A stretch of 64,000 nucleotides of DNA from contig CAZCTQ010000010.1 of NCBI GenBank assembly GCA_964501555.1, positions 30,799-94,798 of the forward strand, read 5' to 3'. Position 1 is the first letter of the stretch. Each line of letters begins with the position of its first letter. The notes below the pieces were generated by a model. That model had not been told where the DNA came from. It did no database searches and saw only the letters and a list, made by a program, of their open reading frames with translations. The DNA comes from an uncultured Aureispira sp. Its GTDB lineage: Bacteria; Bacteroidota; Bacteroidia; Chitinophagales; Saprospiraceae. Positions 1 to 12,162 of the stretch are shown here, piece after piece. Both the position numbers and the translations under genes were made by a program.

Positions 1-1
1 G

Positions 2-2917
2 GAAGACCTTGAAGAGGATTATTCGATCATTTATAACACTTTACAAAAAGACCCTGCTTCGTCAGAAATTGAAGCCGTTACTCAAATTTATCGTCAGTTA
101 AGAGGAACAGATCCACCCGATGAAGAAACCGCTCGTGGTATCATCGATAAATTGTTCTTTTCTGATAAGAGATACAATCTTGGTGAGGTCGGACGCTATA
201 AAATAAATAGAAAGCTTAAACTAGATATCAGCAAGGAAATTCTAGTTTTAACTAAAGAAGATATTATATCAATTGTTAAGTATTTAGTAAGCCTTGTAAA
301 CCAAAAGGCTGAACTTGACGATATAGATCACCTTGCAAATAGAAGGGTGAGAACCGTTGGTGAACAGTTATATGCTCAGTTCGGTGTCGGTCTTGCTCGT
401 ATGACGCGTACTATACGTGAAAGAATGAATGTTAGAGATAATGAAGTATTCACACCGATTGATTTAATTAATGCAAGAACACTTTCTTCAGTAATTAATT
501 CTTATTTTGGTACGAGTCAGTTATCTCAGTTTTTGGACCAGACTAATCCATTGTCTGAGATTACCCATAAAAGGAGGATTTCGGCATTAGGACCTGGAGG
601 CCTTTCTCGTGAAAGGGCGGGGTTTGAAGTTAGGGACGTGCATTATTCTCACTATGGCCGTCTATGTACGATTGAAACACCGGAAGGACCTAATATCGGT
701 TTGATATCTACACTGTGTGTACATGCCAAAATTAATAAAATGGGATTTCTGGAGACACCTTACCGCAAAGTAGTAGAAGGTAAAGTGGATGTTTCTGGAA
801 ATATTCAATATTTGTCAGCTGAAGCAGAGGACTATAAACGAATAGCTCAGGCAAATGCTCCTGTCGATACACAAGGCTCATTTATAAATGAAAGGATTAA
901 GTCAAGAGAACATGGCGAATTCCCTGTATTGACTTCCGAGGAACTTGACTTTATGGATATTGCTCCTAACCAGATCGTTGGTGTGTCAGCTTCATTGATC
1001 CCATTTTTGGAAAATGATGACGCAAACCGTGCCCTGATGGGATCTAACATGCAGCGTCAGGCATTACCATTAGTAAGACCGTCTGCTCCTATTGTAGGTA
1101 CTGGCCTTGAGGCTAAAGTGGCCGAAGACTCTAATATGCTTATCAATGCTGAAGGAGAAGGGACAGTAGAATATGTGGATGCTAATGAAATTGTTATTAG
1201 ATATGATAAGACAGAAGAGGAAATGCTTGTCGCTTTTGAGGATAATGTTAAAAAATATAATTTAACTAAGTTTGTAAAAACAAACCAAGGCTCATGTATC
1301 AATCTAAAACCTATTGTAAAAAAGGGACAGCGCGTTAAGAAGGGTAGCCTTTTATGTGAAGGCTACGCTACCGAAAATGGTGAATTGGCACTTGGGCAGA
1401 ATCTTCAGGTTGCTTTCATGCCTTGGAAAGGATATAATTTTGAGGACGCTATAGTACTTTCTGAAAGAGTACTTAAGGAAGATATCTTTACGTCGCTCCA
1501 TATAGAAAGTCTTGAGATCGATGTTCGTGATACAAAACTGGGTGAAGAGGAGTTTACCAATGATATTCCTAATGTATCTGAAGAGGCAACAAAGGATTTG
1601 GATGAAAATGGTATCATCCGTGTTGGTGCATGGGTTAATGAAGGTGATATTCTTATTGGAAAAATCACCCCTAAAGGTGAAACAGATCCGACACCTGAAG
1701 AGAAATTGCTTAGAGCTATTTTTGGCGATAAGGCGGGAGATGTTAAAGATGCTTCATTGAAGGCATCACCCTCTACTGAAGGTATCGTGATTGATAAGCA
1801 ATTATTTGCAAGAGCTAAAAAGGATAAATTTCAAAAGGTACAGGAAAAGGAACTTTTATCTAAGCTTGAAGACACACATGCTGTCAACCTCAATGAATTG
1901 AAAACTATCTTGATAGATAAGCTCATGACGTTGCTTGATGGCAAAATTTCTGAAGGTGTCAAAAGTATTTATAAGTCAGAATTAGTACCTAAAGGAGCTA
2001 AATTTAGTGCAAAAGCCTTAAAAGATTTAGAATATACAACAGTTGATTATAGCGGCTGGACTAAAGATGCTCATACAAATGAATTGATTGCTAAGTTGCT
2101 TCATAATTTTACAATCAAGTATAATGAGGAATTAGGTAGATACAAGCGCGAGAAATATAATATCAGTGTCGGTGATGAATTACCTACAGGAGTATTAAAA
2201 CTTGCTAAAGTTTATCTGGCAAAGAAACGTAAACTGAGAGTAGGTGATAAACTTGCAGGTCGGCATGGAAATAAAGGTATCGTATCTCGAATCGTAAGAG
2301 AAGAAGATATGCCATTTTTAGAAGATGGAACTCCTGTAGATATCGTTTTGAATCCATTGGGTGTACCTTCAAGGATGAACCTTGGACAAATCTTTGAAAC
2401 CGTACTAGGATGGGCTGGCAAAAAGTTGGGTGTTAAATTTGCGACTCCGATTTTTGATGGTGCTACAGTTGAAGAAATTGAAGAATTTATCAAAAAGGCA
2501 GAATTACCTTCTTACGGTCAGACTTATTTATATGATGGGGAGACAGGCGACAGATTTCATCAGCAGGCAACTGTGGGTGTAATTTATATGCTGAAATTAT
2601 CACACATGGTAGATGATAAGATGCACGCAAGATCTATTGGCCCATACTCGTTGATTACGCAGCAACCTTTAGGTGGTAAGGCTCAGTTTGGTGGTCAGCG
2701 ATTTGGAGAGATGGAGGTGTGGGCACTCGAAGCCTATGGTGCAGCTAATATACTGAGAGAGTTATTGACCATAAAATCAGATGATATTATCGGTAGAGCA
2801 AAAGCTTATGAAGCTATTGTTAAAGGTGATAATATTCCTGATTCTAATATTCCTGAATCATTTAATGTCTTGGTTCATGAGTTAAGAGGTCTTGCATTGG
2901 ATATTAAATTTGATTGA
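2..2917 (+). CDS. rpoB: DNA-directed RNA polymerase beta subunit, 5'-truncated by the window edge
   Basis: Frame 2 is open from the window edge, with no stop before the TTG at 152 where the ORF track starts. The translation carries beta-subunit hallmarks ([49 protein letters not shown]). rpoC follows 35 nt downstream. Confidence 0.97.
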   Translation, partial: EDLEEDYSIIYNTLQKDPASSEIEAVTQIYRQLRGTDPPDEETARGIIDKLFFSDKRYNLGEVGRYKINRKLKLDISKEILVLTKEDIISIVKYLVSLVNQKAELDDIDHLANRRVRTVGEQLYAQFGVGLARMTRTIRERMNVRDNEVFTPIDLINARTLSSVINSYFGTSQLSQFLDQTNPLSEITHKRRISALGPGGLSRERAGFEVRDVHYSHYGRLCTIETPEGPNIGLISTLCVHAKINKMGFLETPYRKVVEGKVDVSGNIQYLSAEAEDYKRIAQANAPVDTQGSFINERIKSREHGEFPVLTSEELDFMDIAPNQIVGVSASLIPFLENDDANRALMGSNMQRQALPLVRPSAPIVGTGLEAKVAEDSNMLINAEGEGTVEYVDANEIVIRYDKTEEEMLVAFEDNVKKYNLTKFVKTNQGSCINLKPIVKKGQRVKKGSLLCEGYATENGELALGQNLQVAFMPWKGYNFEDAIVLSERVLKEDIFTSLHIESLEIDVRDTKLGEEEFTNDIPNVSEEATKDLDENGIIRVGAWVNEGDILIGKITPKGETDPTPEEKLLRAIFGDKAGDVKDASLKASPSTEGIVIDKQLFARAKKDKFQKVQEKELLSKLEDTHAVNLNELKTILIDKLMTLLDGKISEGVKSIYKSELVPKGAKFSAKALKDLEYTTVDYSGWTKDAHTNELIAKLLHNFTIKYNEELGRYKREKYNISVGDELPTGVLKLAKVYLAKKRKLRVGDKLAGRHGNKGIVSRIVREEDMPFLEDGTPVDIVLNPLGVPSRMNLGQIFETVLGWAGKKLGVKFATPIFDGATVEEIEEFIKKAELPSYGQTYLYDGETGDRFHQQATVGVIYMLKLSHMVDDKMHARSIGPYSLITQQPLGGKAQFGGQRFGEMEVWALEAYGAANILRELLTIKSDDIIGRAKAYEAIVKGDNIPDSNIPESFNVLVHELRGLALDIKFD

Positions 2918-2952
2918 TAAATAATTCTTTAAAAATTATATAATTATTTAAT

Positions 2953-5900
2953 ATGTTAAAAAGGAAGGGAGGAAAACCAACCAAAGGTTTTGAATCTATT
3001 ACGATTAGCCTAAGTTCACCGGATGAAATTTTGGAGAGATCATATGGCGAAGTCTTAAAACCCGAAACCATTAACTATCGTTCATACAAACCAGAAAGAG
3101 ATGGTTTGTTTTGTGAAAGGATCTTTGGCCCTGTCAAGGATTATGAGTGTTATTGCGGTAAGTATAAACGTATCAGATATAAAGGTATCGTCTGTGATCG
3201 GTGTGGTGTAGAAGTAACGGAAAAGAAGGTCAGAAGAGAACGAATGGGGCATATTAAATTAGTTGTTCCTGTTGTACATATCTGGTTTTTTAAATCTTTG
3301 CCTAACAAGATTGGATATTTGCTTGGCTATTCTTCTAAAAAACTTGAAGCGATCATATATTACGAAAGATATGTAGTGATTCAGCCTGGTGTAAAGGAAA
3401 ATGAAATAGCAAAGCATGACACACTCACAGAAGAGGAATACTTTGACATTCTAGATACATTGCCAAAAGATAATCAGTTGTTAGAAGATAGCGATCCTAA
3501 CAAATTCATTGCGAAAATGGGGGCGGAAGCCGTTCATGATTTACTTGAACGAATCAATTTGGATGAATTATCTTTTGAATTGAGACACCAAGCTGCAAAC
3601 GAAACTTCTCAGCAAAGAAAGTCTGAAGCATTAAAGCGTTTGCGAGTTGTGGAAGCATTTCGTAGTGGAATGAAGGAAACCGAAAATAGGCCTGAGTGGA
3701 CTATTATTCAATATTTGCCTGTGACTCCACCAGAGTTAAGACCATTGGTACCTCTGGATGGTGGACGTTTTGCGAGTTCGGATTTGAATGATCTTTACAG
3801 GAGAGTTATCATTAGAAATAACCGATTAAAGAGATTACTTGAAATTAAAGCACCTGAAGTAATCCTGCGTAACGAAAAGAGGATGCTCCAAGAAGCAGTC
3901 GATTCTTTGTTTGATAATTCACGTAAGTCTAATGCTGTCAAAGCAGAAGGCGGACGCTCCTTAAAATCATTATCCGATGTTCTAAAAGGTAAACAAGGAC
4001 GATTCAGACAAAACTTGTTGGGTAAACGTGTCGATTATTCGGGTCGTTCTGTAATTGTGGTAGGACCAACTTTATTACTTCATGAATGTGGTATTCCTAA
4101 AGGGATGGCTGCCGAATTGTTTAAACCGTTTATTATCAAAAGACTGATAGAGCGTGGCATTGTCAAAACGGTAAAATCAGCTAAAAAACTTGTTGATAAA
4201 AAAGATCCGATTATTTGGGATATTCTTGAAAATATATTGAAAGGACATCCTGTATTGCTTAACCGGGCTCCTACGCTCCACCGATTGTCTATACAAGCCT
4301 TCCAACCACGTTTAGTTGAAGGTAAAGCTATTAATTTGCATCCACTTGTATGTGGTGCTTTTAATGCGGACTTTGACGGTGACCAGATGGCTGTTCACGT
4401 TCCTTTGGGACATGCAGCGATCTTAGAAGCGCAGATGTTAATGTTGTCATCTCATAATATGCTTAATCCTCAGGATGGTTCACCCGTGACGTTGCCATCT
4501 CAGGACATGGTACTGGGCCTATATTATTTGACAAAGCATAAGAGATCAACACCAGAAATTAAAGTTTTAGGTGAAGGTAGGTCATTCTATAGTGCTGAAG
4601 AAGCTATTATAGCATTTAACGAAGGTAAGGTGGATATGCATGCTATTGTCAAAGTGCGTACACTCGTAGAAGACAGTGACGGAAATCTGATAACAAAGTT
4701 GATTGAGACCACAGTAGGGAGAGTATTGTTTAACCAATGTTTTCCTAAAGATTTGCCATTTGTTAATCAACTTATGACGAAGAAGAACCTGAAAAAAATT
4801 ATATGGGATCTTCTAAACAGAACAGATTTTACAGTAGCGGCTAAATTCTTAGATGAAATCAAGAATCTTGGATTTTTCTGGGCATATAAAGGTGGTCTAT
4901 CATTTAATTTGGGTGATTTGATTACGCCAAGTATTAAAGAACAGACATTATTAGAGGCGCAAGAAGAAGTGGATGAGGTCTGGGAAAACTTTAATATGGG
5001 TTTGATTACTCCAAATGAGAGATATAATCAGGTTATTGATAAGTGGACTTTTGCGGATAATAAAATTACTGAAAACCTTATGCGCGAAATTGCGCTGCAT
5101 AAGCAAGGTTTTAATTCCGTATTTATGATGTTAGACTCCGGCGCAAGGGGTTCTAAACAACAGATTAAGCAGCTTTGTGGATTAAGAGGATTGATGGCTA
5201 AACCAAGAAAATCTGGTGATACTGGTGGAGCAATTATTGAAAATCCAATTCTTGCTAACTTCCTCGAAGGTCTGTCTGTATTGGAGTACTTTATTTCTAC
5301 CCACGGTGCCCGTAAGGGACTTGCGGATACTGCCTTAAAAACGGCAGACGCGGGTTATCTTACAAGAAGATTAGTGGATGTAGCCCAAGATGTGATCATT
5401 ACAGAGCATGATTGTAATACACTTAGAGGTATTGAAACGGAGGCTCTTAAGGATGATGAAACCATCATAGAATCGCTTGCGTCTCGGATAGTAGGTAGGT
5501 ACACTTTATATGATATTGTAGATCCTGTTACTGATCAAGTATTACTTGAAGCAGGTGAATATATTGCACCGAAAAATGCAGAACAAATTGAAAAGTCAGG
5601 AATTGACTCTGTAACTATTCGTTCTGTGTTGACTTGTGAAACTAAGGTGGGTGTTTGTGCTAAATGTTATGGTAGAAATCTCGCAACGGGTAGGAAGGTT
5701 GAGAAGGGTGATGCAGTAGGTATTATCGCAGCTCAGTCTATCGGTGAGCCAGGTACACAGTTGACATTAAGAACCTTCCACGTGGGTGGTATCGCTTCAG
5801 TATCTAAAACGGAGTCTGAAATTACTACTAAATATGACGGTGTTTTAGAATTTGATAATGTTAAATCAACCGAAGCAGATACTGGTAAAGGTGTTGTAAT

Positions 5901-7203
5901 CTCAAGATCTGGTGAAATAAGGGTGATAAATCCTGAAACTAAAAAGGTTTACAATACTTATTTTATACCTTATGCGTCCAATCTACAAGTCCACGACAAT
6001 CAGGTAGTCACTAAAGGTCAGGTTTTGTGTTCATGGGATCCATTTAACAACCTTATCATTTCTGAATTTGGTGGTATTGCTAAATTTGAAGATATTGAAG
6101 AAGGCCTTACCTATCGTGTAGAGCGAGAAGATCAGACTGGATACGCTGAAAAGGTAATCATTGAATCAAAGAATAAGAAATTGGTTCCGGCTATTAAGAT
6201 AATTTCTCCATCAGGTGAGGAACTTAAAACGTACAATCTACCTGTGGGTGCTTACATTTCGATTGAGGACAATGATACGATTGTTCCAGGTCAAAATATT
6301 GTAAAAATTCCACGTAATTTAGGAAAAATTCAGGATATAACCGGTGGACTTCCGAGAGTAACAGAATTGTTCGAAGCACGAAACCCTTCTAATCCAGCAA
6401 TTACTTCTGAAATTGATGGTATCGTATCATATGGTAAGATTAAGAGAGGAAACAGAGAGTTATTTGTTGATGATGAAAAGACGGGACAAAAGCGTAAGTA
6501 CCTTATCCCATTATCTAAACATTTACTCGTTCAGGAGGGAGACTTTGTTAGAGCAGGAATGCAGATGACTGATGGAGCGGTTGCGCCAATTGATATTTTA
6601 AATATTAAAGGACCTTTTGCTGTTCAGTCATATTTGGTCAACGGCGTACAAGAAGTTTATCGCTCTCAAGGTATTTCCATTAATGATAAGCACATTGAGG
6701 TTATTGTGCGCCAAATGATGAGAAGAGTTGAGATTGTAGATCCAGGTGATACTACCTTTCTTGAAGGTGAAGCTGTGGATAGACATGAGTTTAACGAACA
6801 AAATGATGATATCTTCGATAAAAAGGTGGTTGAAGATGCTGGGGATTCTATTAATATGAAAGCCGGTCAGATAGTTTCAATACGTCAATTAAGAGAAGAG
6901 AATTCTCATTTAAAGAGAAGTGATAAAAAGTTGGTTGTAGCAAGGGAAACCATTCCAGCAACTTCCAGTATTTTGTTACAAGGTATTACACGTGCTTCTT
7001 TAGGTGTAGAGAGTTGGATATCGGCTGCTTCTTTCCAGGAAACTACTAAAGTGTTGAGTACTGCCGCTATTGCTGCAAAAAAAGATGCTTTAAATGGTCT
7101 GAAGGAAAATGTTATAGTCGGTAAAAATATTCCGGCTGGTACAGGATTGAGAAGTTTCAAAAATATTGAAGTTGAAGTTGCTAATGAGTACGATGTGCTC
7201 TAA
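2953..7203 (+). CDS. rpoC: DNA-directed RNA polymerase beta' subunit
   Basis: 1416 aa. It has the N-terminal zinc motif [23 protein letters not shown] and the catalytic [12 protein letters not shown], and sits in the canonical position after rpoB. Confidence 0.97.
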   Translation: MLKRKGGKPTKGFESITISLSSPDEILERSYGEVLKPETINYRSYKPERDGLFCERIFGPVKDYECYCGKYKRIRYKGIVCDRCGVEVTEKKVRRERMGHIKLVVPVVHIWFFKSLPNKIGYLLGYSSKKLEAIIYYERYVVIQPGVKENEIAKHDTLTEEEYFDILDTLPKDNQLLEDSDPNKFIAKMGAEAVHDLLERINLDELSFELRHQAANETSQQRKSEALKRLRVVEAFRSGMKETENRPEWTIIQYLPVTPPELRPLVPLDGGRFASSDLNDLYRRVIIRNNRLKRLLEIKAPEVILRNEKRMLQEAVDSLFDNSRKSNAVKAEGGRSLKSLSDVLKGKQGRFRQNLLGKRVDYSGRSVIVVGPTLLLHECGIPKGMAAELFKPFIIKRLIERGIVKTVKSAKKLVDKKDPIIWDILENILKGHPVLLNRAPTLHRLSIQAFQPRLVEGKAINLHPLVCGAFNADFDGDQMAVHVPLGHAAILEAQMLMLSSHNMLNPQDGSPVTLPSQDMVLGLYYLTKHKRSTPEIKVLGEGRSFYSAEEAIIAFNEGKVDMHAIVKVRTLVEDSDGNLITKLIETTVGRVLFNQCFPKDLPFVNQLMTKKNLKKIIWDLLNRTDFTVAAKFLDEIKNLGFFWAYKGGLSFNLGDLITPSIKEQTLLEAQEEVDEVWENFNMGLITPNERYNQVIDKWTFADNKITENLMREIALHKQGFNSVFMMLDSGARGSKQQIKQLCGLRGLMAKPRKSGDTGGAIIENPILANFLEGLSVLEYFISTHGARKGLADTALKTADAGYLTRRLVDVAQDVIITEHDCNTLRGIETEALKDDETIIESLASRIVGRYTLYDIVDPVTDQVLLEAGEYIAPKNAEQIEKSGIDSVTIRSVLTCETKVGVCAKCYGRNLATGRKVEKGDAVGIIAAQSIGEPGTQLTLRTFHVGGIASVSKTESEITTKYDGVLEFDNVKSTEADTGKGVVISRSGEIRVINPETKKVYNTYFIPYASNLQVHDNQVVTKGQVLCSWDPFNNLIISEFGGIAKFEDIEEGLTYRVEREDQTGYAEKVIIESKNKKLVPAIKIISPSGEELKTYNLPVGAYISIEDNDTIVPGQNIVKIPRNLGKIQDITGGLPRVTELFEARNPSNPAITSEIDGIVSYGKIKRGNRELFVDDEKTGQKRKYLIPLSKHLLVQEGDFVRAGMQMTDGAVAPIDILNIKGPFAVQSYLVNGVQEVYRSQGISINDKHIEVIVRQMMRRVEIVDPGDTTFLEGEAVDRHEFNEQNDDIFDKKVVEDAGDSINMKAGQIVSIRQLREENSHLKRSDKKLVVARETIPATSSILLQGITRASLGVESWISAASFQETTKVLSTAAIAAKKDALNGLKENVIVGKNIPAGTGLRSFKNIEVEVANEYDVL

Positions 7204-7224
7204 TGCAATCTAATGTTATCTATG

Positions 7225-7262
7225 AAGTGGAATCATATTATTCATGTGGTTCCACTTTTTTT
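7225..7262 (+). terminator. Rho-independent terminator after rpoC
   Basis: AAGTGGAA (7225-7232) pairs with TTCCACTT (7250-7257) and runs into a T tract through 7262. It lies 22 nt after the rpoC stop. Confidence 0.6.
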
Positions 7263-7271
7263 GTGTAAGAT

Positions 7272-8375
7272 TTATATTTTTGAAGAATATAGAATCTTAT
7301 CAAGATCAATATTTTTTTCAATCATTTCAATTGCTTTTAAAATTTTCCATGGTGTACTTCTGTTGATTTTAACTTCTATCTTACTTACTCGTAGATAAGC
7401 TCCATAAGTGTCTAAATCCGTCCTGATAAGTGGTAATTTATGCTTTTCTATATATTTTATAGTGAATTTATCCATTTGACCTTCGCCAGTAGCTACTATT
7501 CCAGATAAAGGACAGTTTTTTATACCATGGTTAGTGGAGATCATATCTATTTTTTTGATAGCGTCATTAATAGAACCAATCGCTGTAATGAGCAATAAGT
7601 CTTGTGAATCTTTAAGTTCCTTTAGGTCTAGTAAGGATCCGGCTATGATACTCTCCACTTTATTATTGATTCTATCTGCATTATAAGTAATGACTCCCCT
7701 TACTGCTTCTGATACTGATTTAATAAGTGGATATGCTAATGACTTTTCATAGGGCATAAGTCCAAGTAATGGTAATCCCTGATTGTCTAGCCATTTGCCA
7801 ACATAATGTCTTACTTTTTCCATTTTTTCGGGTATGACTTTATTGATAATAACACCTATAATTGGCACTTCTTCCTCACGAAAAAGAGCTGTAGTCATAT
7901 TAAGCATATCGATTGTACTACCGACACCGCCTTCGACAACCATAATTACACCGGCGTCTAAAATCTTGGCAACTTTAGCATTTGAAACGCCCACTACACT
8001 ACCAACACCGGGATGTCCTGTGCCTTCATATATGATGATTTCATTGGTCTCGGCAAGTGAAGTTTTTGCATGATGCAGCATCTGGTGCAATTGGTGTGTA
8101 TCAGGCTGATCCAAAAAAGCCTCAGTAGCACCTGGACCTAAGATAATAGGGCTGTGTATTTCTGGGATAATTTCAAAATTGATTAGATCAGAAAATAAAA
8201 TGGTATCTTTATCTACTCTTAAATATTGAATATCTAAAAATTTCTGACCGACGGGCTTCGAATAGCCCACTTTGAGGCCTCGCCCCATAAATGAAGAAAC
8301 TAAGCCAAGTGTAGAAGTCGTCTTTCCTACGTGTTGGCTTGTAGCACCGACATAAATGTTCTTATATTTTTGCAT
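7272..8375 (-). CDS. P-loop (BioD/CobQ-like) plus DRTGG-type domain protein, resembling the N-terminal regulatory part of phosphotransacetylase without a PTA catalytic domain
   Basis: 367 aa with Walker A GATSQHVGKTT near the N-terminus. The overall layout is recognised from memory as a stand-alone Pta N-terminal-like protein. It is convergent with rpoC. Confidence 0.6.
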   Translation of the reverse strand: MQKYKNIYVGATSQHVGKTTSTLGLVSSFMGRGLKVGYSKPVGQKFLDIQYLRVDKDTILFSDLINFEIIPEIHSPIILGPGATEAFLDQPDTHQLHQMLHHAKTSLAETNEIIIYEGTGHPGVGSVVGVSNAKVAKILDAGVIMVVEGGVGSTIDMLNMTTALFREEEVPIIGVIINKVIPEKMEKVRHYVGKWLDNQGLPLLGLMPYEKSLAYPLIKSVSEAVRGVITYNADRINNKVESIIAGSLLDLKELKDSQDLLLITAIGSINDAIKKIDMISTNHGIKNCPLSGIVATGEGQMDKFTIKYIEKHKLPLIRTDLDTYGAYLRVSKIEVKINRSTPWKILKAIEMIEKNIDLDKILYSSKI

Positions 8376-8444
8376 AAGCTATAATGGTTAAAGCAATGCC
8401 AAATATAGGATGTTTTTTTAAATTTTAAAATAATTTATTTTGAT

Positions 8445-8465
8445 AGCCTAAAAAACCTTTAGGCT
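8445..8465 (-). terminator. Possible hairpin terminator after prmA
   Basis: AGCCTAAA (8445-8452) pairs with TTTAGGCT (8458-8465) across a 5-nt loop, 44 nt downstream of the prmA stop. There is no clear U-run on the minus strand. Confidence 0.3.
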
Positions 8466-8508
8466 TGCTTGATAAAATAGCAAATTGATTTTTTGTAAAA
8501 TCATACAA

Positions 8509-9330
8509 TTAGGGTAATAATTGAAATTGGAGGCAGGCCCAATTTTCTCTTTCACTTTTCCCTATAAATTGTAGTCCTTGGTTTTCAAACGTTTCGATTA
8601 TAATATCAATGTCCTCATATAAAATCCCCGAAAGAAGAACTTGTCCTCTGGACATGAGTTTGGAAGTTAATGAGGAAGCATACTTTATAAGTATATTTTT
8701 ATTAATGTTGGCTAGTATAATATTGTATTTGTCATCAGGCATCGCATCTAGGTCTCCTTCATAGGTGCGAATATTGCCTACGTTATTAATCGCTGCGTTC
8801 TCAAGGGTATTAAGGTAGGCTTCATGTTCTATATCTATTGCGTCGATAGGATGCGCACCCATTTTTGAAGATAGTATCGCCAAAATACCAGTTCCACATC
8901 CAAAATCAAATACTTTTTGGCCAGTAAAGTTGATAGCTGACATATGCTGTATCATCATGTAGGTCGTGGCATGATGACCAGTGCCAAAAGCCATCTTTGG
9001 GTTTATTATAAGGTCATACTGTATTCCATGTATGGGTCGATGAAAATCAGCTCTAATTTGACAAAAATTTTCTACAATAACTGGTTGAAATGAAGATTCC
9101 CATATTGCATTCCAATTTTGATTTTCTACTTTGTATATTTTATAATCTTGGGTATATCTTGTTATGAGATTGATAACTTCGGTTTGGATACTTTCATTAA
9201 ACTGGGATGTAGGGATATATGCAATAAAATAAGTCTCTTCTTCCTGAAAAGCATCAAAATCAAATTCAGAAAGTAGGGCAATCAGTATTTCATCTGTTGA
9301 TTGGACCTCTATGGCAGTATATTGCGTCAT
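8509..9330 (-). CDS. prmA: Ribosomal protein L11 methyltransferase
   Basis: 273 aa with the FGTGHHATT motif and the SAM-binding VFDFGCGTGILA. Confidence 0.85.
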   Translation of the reverse strand: MTQYTAIEVQSTDEILIALLSEFDFDAFQEEETYFIAYIPTSQFNESIQTEVINLITRYTQDYKIYKVENQNWNAIWESSFQPVIVENFCQIRADFHRPIHGIQYDLIINPKMAFGTGHHATTYMMIQHMSAINFTGQKVFDFGCGTGILAILSSKMGAHPIDAIDIEHEAYLNTLENAAINNVGNIRTYEGDLDAMPDDKYNIILANINKNILIKYASSLTSKLMSRGQVLLSGILYEDIDIIIETFENQGLQFIGKSERENWACLQFQLLP

Positions 9331-9353
9331 GTATTTTAAATACGGTATTAATC

Positions 9354-10235
9354 CTATTGATATACCTCTTTTTTAGCTGCTTTTAGCGTGTTCATAATAA
9401 GTCCCATTACCGTCATAGGTCCAACACCACCCGGAACAGGGGTGATAAAACTACATTTACCTTTTACCTTTTCAAATTCTACATCGCCTACTAATTTGGT
9501 CTTATCATTATGGTCTGGGTCTTCTATTCTGTTGATTCCTACATCTATCACTACGGCACCTTCCTTTACCATATCTTCTGTGATAAAATTAGGAATTCCT
9601 ATGGCAGCAACCAAAATGTCAGCCTGCTGCGTTACTTCACTCAGATTCTTTGTTCGGCTATGAGCTAAGGTTACTGTTGCATCACCAACTTTAGTTTTGC
9701 GTGAGAGTAAGATAGAAATAGGTGTCCCTACAATATTACTACGTCCTACAACTACCACGTGTTTCCCGGCAGTCTCGATATTATATCTGTCGAGTAATAT
9801 GGTGATTCCATAAGGTGTGGCGGGTAGATAGCATGGAAGACCCTGTGCCATACGTCCAAAATTAATAGGGTGGAAGCCATCTACATCTTTTTTGGGATCT
9901 ATGGCTAACGTAACTTTGATTTCATCGATGTGTTTGGGTAGTGGGAGCTGAACAATAAAGCCATCGACATCATTATTATGATTAAGTTTTTCGACTTCTG
10001 TAAGCAGGTCATTTTCCGTAATATCGGCCGGCAATTTGATAAGTAGGGAATTAAAACCTATTTCATGGCAGGTTTTTACTTTATTGTTGACATAGGCTTT
10101 ACTTGCTGGATTATCACCTACTAAAATGGCTGCTAAAGTTGGTACACGATTATTTTTTTTATTAAAGTCATAGAGTTCTATTTTGATAGTACTCTTTAAT
10201 TCTTCAGCTACCGCTTTTCCGTCTATTAATTTCAT
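9354..10235 (-). CDS. folD: Bifunctional methylenetetrahydrofolate dehydrogenase / methenyl-THF cyclohydrolase
   Basis: 293 aa with the typical FolD N-terminus (MKLIDGKAVA), VGRSNIVGTPIS and PVPGGVGPMTV. Confidence 0.93.
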   Translation of the reverse strand: MKLIDGKAVAEELKSTIKIELYDFNKKNNRVPTLAAILVGDNPASKAYVNNKVKTCHEIGFNSLLIKLPADITENDLLTEVEKLNHNNDVDGFIVQLPLPKHIDEIKVTLAIDPKKDVDGFHPINFGRMAQGLPCYLPATPYGITILLDRYNIETAGKHVVVVGRSNIVGTPISILLSRKTKVGDATVTLAHSRTKNLSEVTQQADILVAAIGIPNFITEDMVKEGAVVIDVGINRIEDPDHNDKTKLVGDVEFEKVKGKCSFITPVPGGVGPMTVMGLIMNTLKAAKKEVYQ

Positions 10236-10553
10236 TTGGGGGGCATTTAAGTTATGGCAAATATAAAACTAATTATCAATACAATGCAGTTTATAACTCA
10301 AATATTTTTTTATTTATTGTGCACGATTATATAACTGATTAATAGTCAATAACATAAAAAAAGATTTTAAAATGACTTTTTAAATGTGAACTAAAGTATG
10401 ATTATTTAGCATAATAAACGTATAAAATCCTTTTTTATAAATTAAAGAAATTATAATATGTTTTATGCAATAAGAGAAGTGTAGCGCATGATTAAGACCT
10501 CAATGTTAAAAGTAATAAATATTGTAAGCTACCGATGCGTGATAGAGGGGAAG

Positions 10554-11207
10554 TTAATTTCGACTTCCAAATATTGAACTTCCTATTCTAACTATGGTTG
10601 CGCCTTCTTCTATTGCTATGAGATAGTCTCCGGACATGCCCATAGATATATGCTTAAAGTTGTAATCGGACTGATAGTAGGTGGATTTTATTTGATTAAA
10701 ATATGTTTTCAAGAGCTTGAATTCTTTTCGAATAGTATTTTGATCATCTGTAAATGTGGCCATTCCCATCACACCTGAGATAAGCACATTTTGCATCGGA
10801 TGTTTTGAAATATAATCAAGAAGGTCCCACGCCTCATCAAAAGAAAATCCAAATTTTGTGTCTTCAGAAGCTATGTGAAACTGTAACAAAATAGGAATTT
10901 TTCTTCCGTGTTTTGCTGCTTGGTTATTGATAGTTTCTAAAAGTTCTAAACTATCAACAGCATGGATCATATAAACAAATGATGCAATATGCTTTACCTT
11001 GTTTTTTTGCAGATGCCCTATAAGATGCCAGCGTATATCGGCTGGTAGCTGTCTAAGCTTTTCTGCCATTTCTTGTACTTTATTTTCACCAAAATCTCTT
11101 TGTCCTATGTCATAAAGTGATTGGATGGCCATAGTAGGTTTTGTTTTTGATACAGCTACAAGGAGTACATTGTGTTCGTTTGTAAAAGATTTTATTTCGT
11201 CGTACAT
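10554..11207 (-). CDS. YggS-family pyridoxal-phosphate homeostasis protein
   Basis: 217 aa. The PLP-lysine context LVAVSKTK and the C-terminal RIGSSIFG are typical of the YggS/PROSC family. Confidence 0.85.
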   Translation of the reverse strand: MYDEIKSFTNEHNVLLVAVSKTKPTMAIQSLYDIGQRDFGENKVQEMAEKLRQLPADIRWHLIGHLQKNKVKHIASFVYMIHAVDSLELLETINNQAAKHGRKIPILLQFHIASEDTKFGFSFDEAWDLLDYISKHPMQNVLISGVMGMATFTDDQNTIRKEFKLLKTYFNQIKSTYYQSDYNFKHISMGMSGDYLIAIEEGATIVRIGSSIFGSRN

Positions 11208-11252
11208 TCAAGTTTAAATTTTGAATTTTTGATACCATTTATGATTTAAACC

Positions 11253-11879
11253 TTAAAATAATCCATGTATTTGAGAGTCAACTTGCTCTATAATATGTCC
11301 AAAATCTTCTGGATTGTTTTTGAAATCTAGATTGTCATTCTGGATGATTAATAAATTGCCATTTGTATAATTAGTGATCCATTCTTCATATCGTTCATTG
11401 AGTTTTTTAAGATATTCGAGACTCATGTTTCCTTCGTAATCTCTTCCTCGTGTTTGGATGTGTTCGACTAATTTAGGTATAGACGCTCTGAGATAAATGA
11501 GCAGGTCTGGTGGCTGTACCTGTGAAGACATTAATTTAAAAAGAGAAATATAATTATCGAAATCTCTTTTGGACATAAGTCCCATTTCATATAGATTGGG
11601 TGCAAAGATTCGAGCATCTTCATAAATAGTCCTGTCTTGAATTACTGTTTGATCACCATTTCTAATTGTAAGTACCTGATCATACCGGCTGTTTAGGAAA
11701 TAAATTTGGAGATTAAATGACCATCGGTGCATGTCATCATAAAAATCTTGCAGATATGGATTTGTCGTAGTATCCTCAAACTGGACTTCCCAATGATAAT
11801 GCTTAGCCAGCATCTCGGTCAGTGTTGTTTTACCTGCGCCTATATTACCGGCTACTGCTACATGTTTTAACGAACGCAT
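11253..11879 (-). CDS. Deoxynucleoside kinase
   Basis: 208 aa with P-loop GNIGAGKTT and a DRTIYED (ERS-like) motif. Length and pattern fit dAK/dGK-type kinases. Confidence 0.85.
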   Translation of the reverse strand: MRSLKHVAVAGNIGAGKTTLTEMLAKHYHWEVQFEDTTTNPYLQDFYDDMHRWSFNLQIYFLNSRYDQVLTIRNGDQTVIQDRTIYEDARIFAPNLYEMGLMSKRDFDNYISLFKLMSSQVQPPDLLIYLRASIPKLVEHIQTRGRDYEGNMSLEYLKKLNERYEEWITNYTNGNLLIIQNDNLDFKNNPEDFGHIIEQVDSQIHGLF

Positions 11880-12162
11880 AGTGATTTTGGGTATTAAAAT
11901 TGTTTTGTGTTATACCGGAAATGGATCATATACATCAACTAATCCAGCATTTAAAGTGCCAAAATTACTAATATAACTGATTAAAATTGTACTTTTGACG
12001 ATGATATTATTCTATCTGTCCATAAATTAGTTGTTAATCAATATATTTTTGCTTGATTTGTGGCGTTATTATAATTAATTTTTTAAAATTTTGTATATGG
12101 AAGGTCTTCCTTTTAATCAATTTGTAGGCCTGATAGAATTTATTATTATTTGAATATAGTGT

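Noticed and set aside
847-7160. Antisense ORFs of 60-93 aa inside rpoB and rpoC (847-1050, 1057-1302, 1405-1668, 2212-2493, 4582-4770, 6906-7160), plus the same-strand out-of-frame ORF at 1512-1760
   Set aside because: All lie wholly inside very strongly supported conserved genes. Their translations are low-complexity (Ser/Ile/Leu-rich), as expected for shadow frames. The same reasoning applies to the other short overlapping ORFs in the track, both antisense and same-strand out-of-frame (for example 7834-8073, 9388-9663, 12612-12848, 19510-19914, 20206-20499, 36568-36993, 47144-47509, 61921-62373).
7213-7398. 61-aa plus-strand ORF right after rpoC
   Set aside because: It spans the rpoC terminator hairpin and overlaps the 3' end of the convergent 7272-8375 gene. 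Its hydrophobic, low-complexity translation is most likely spurious.
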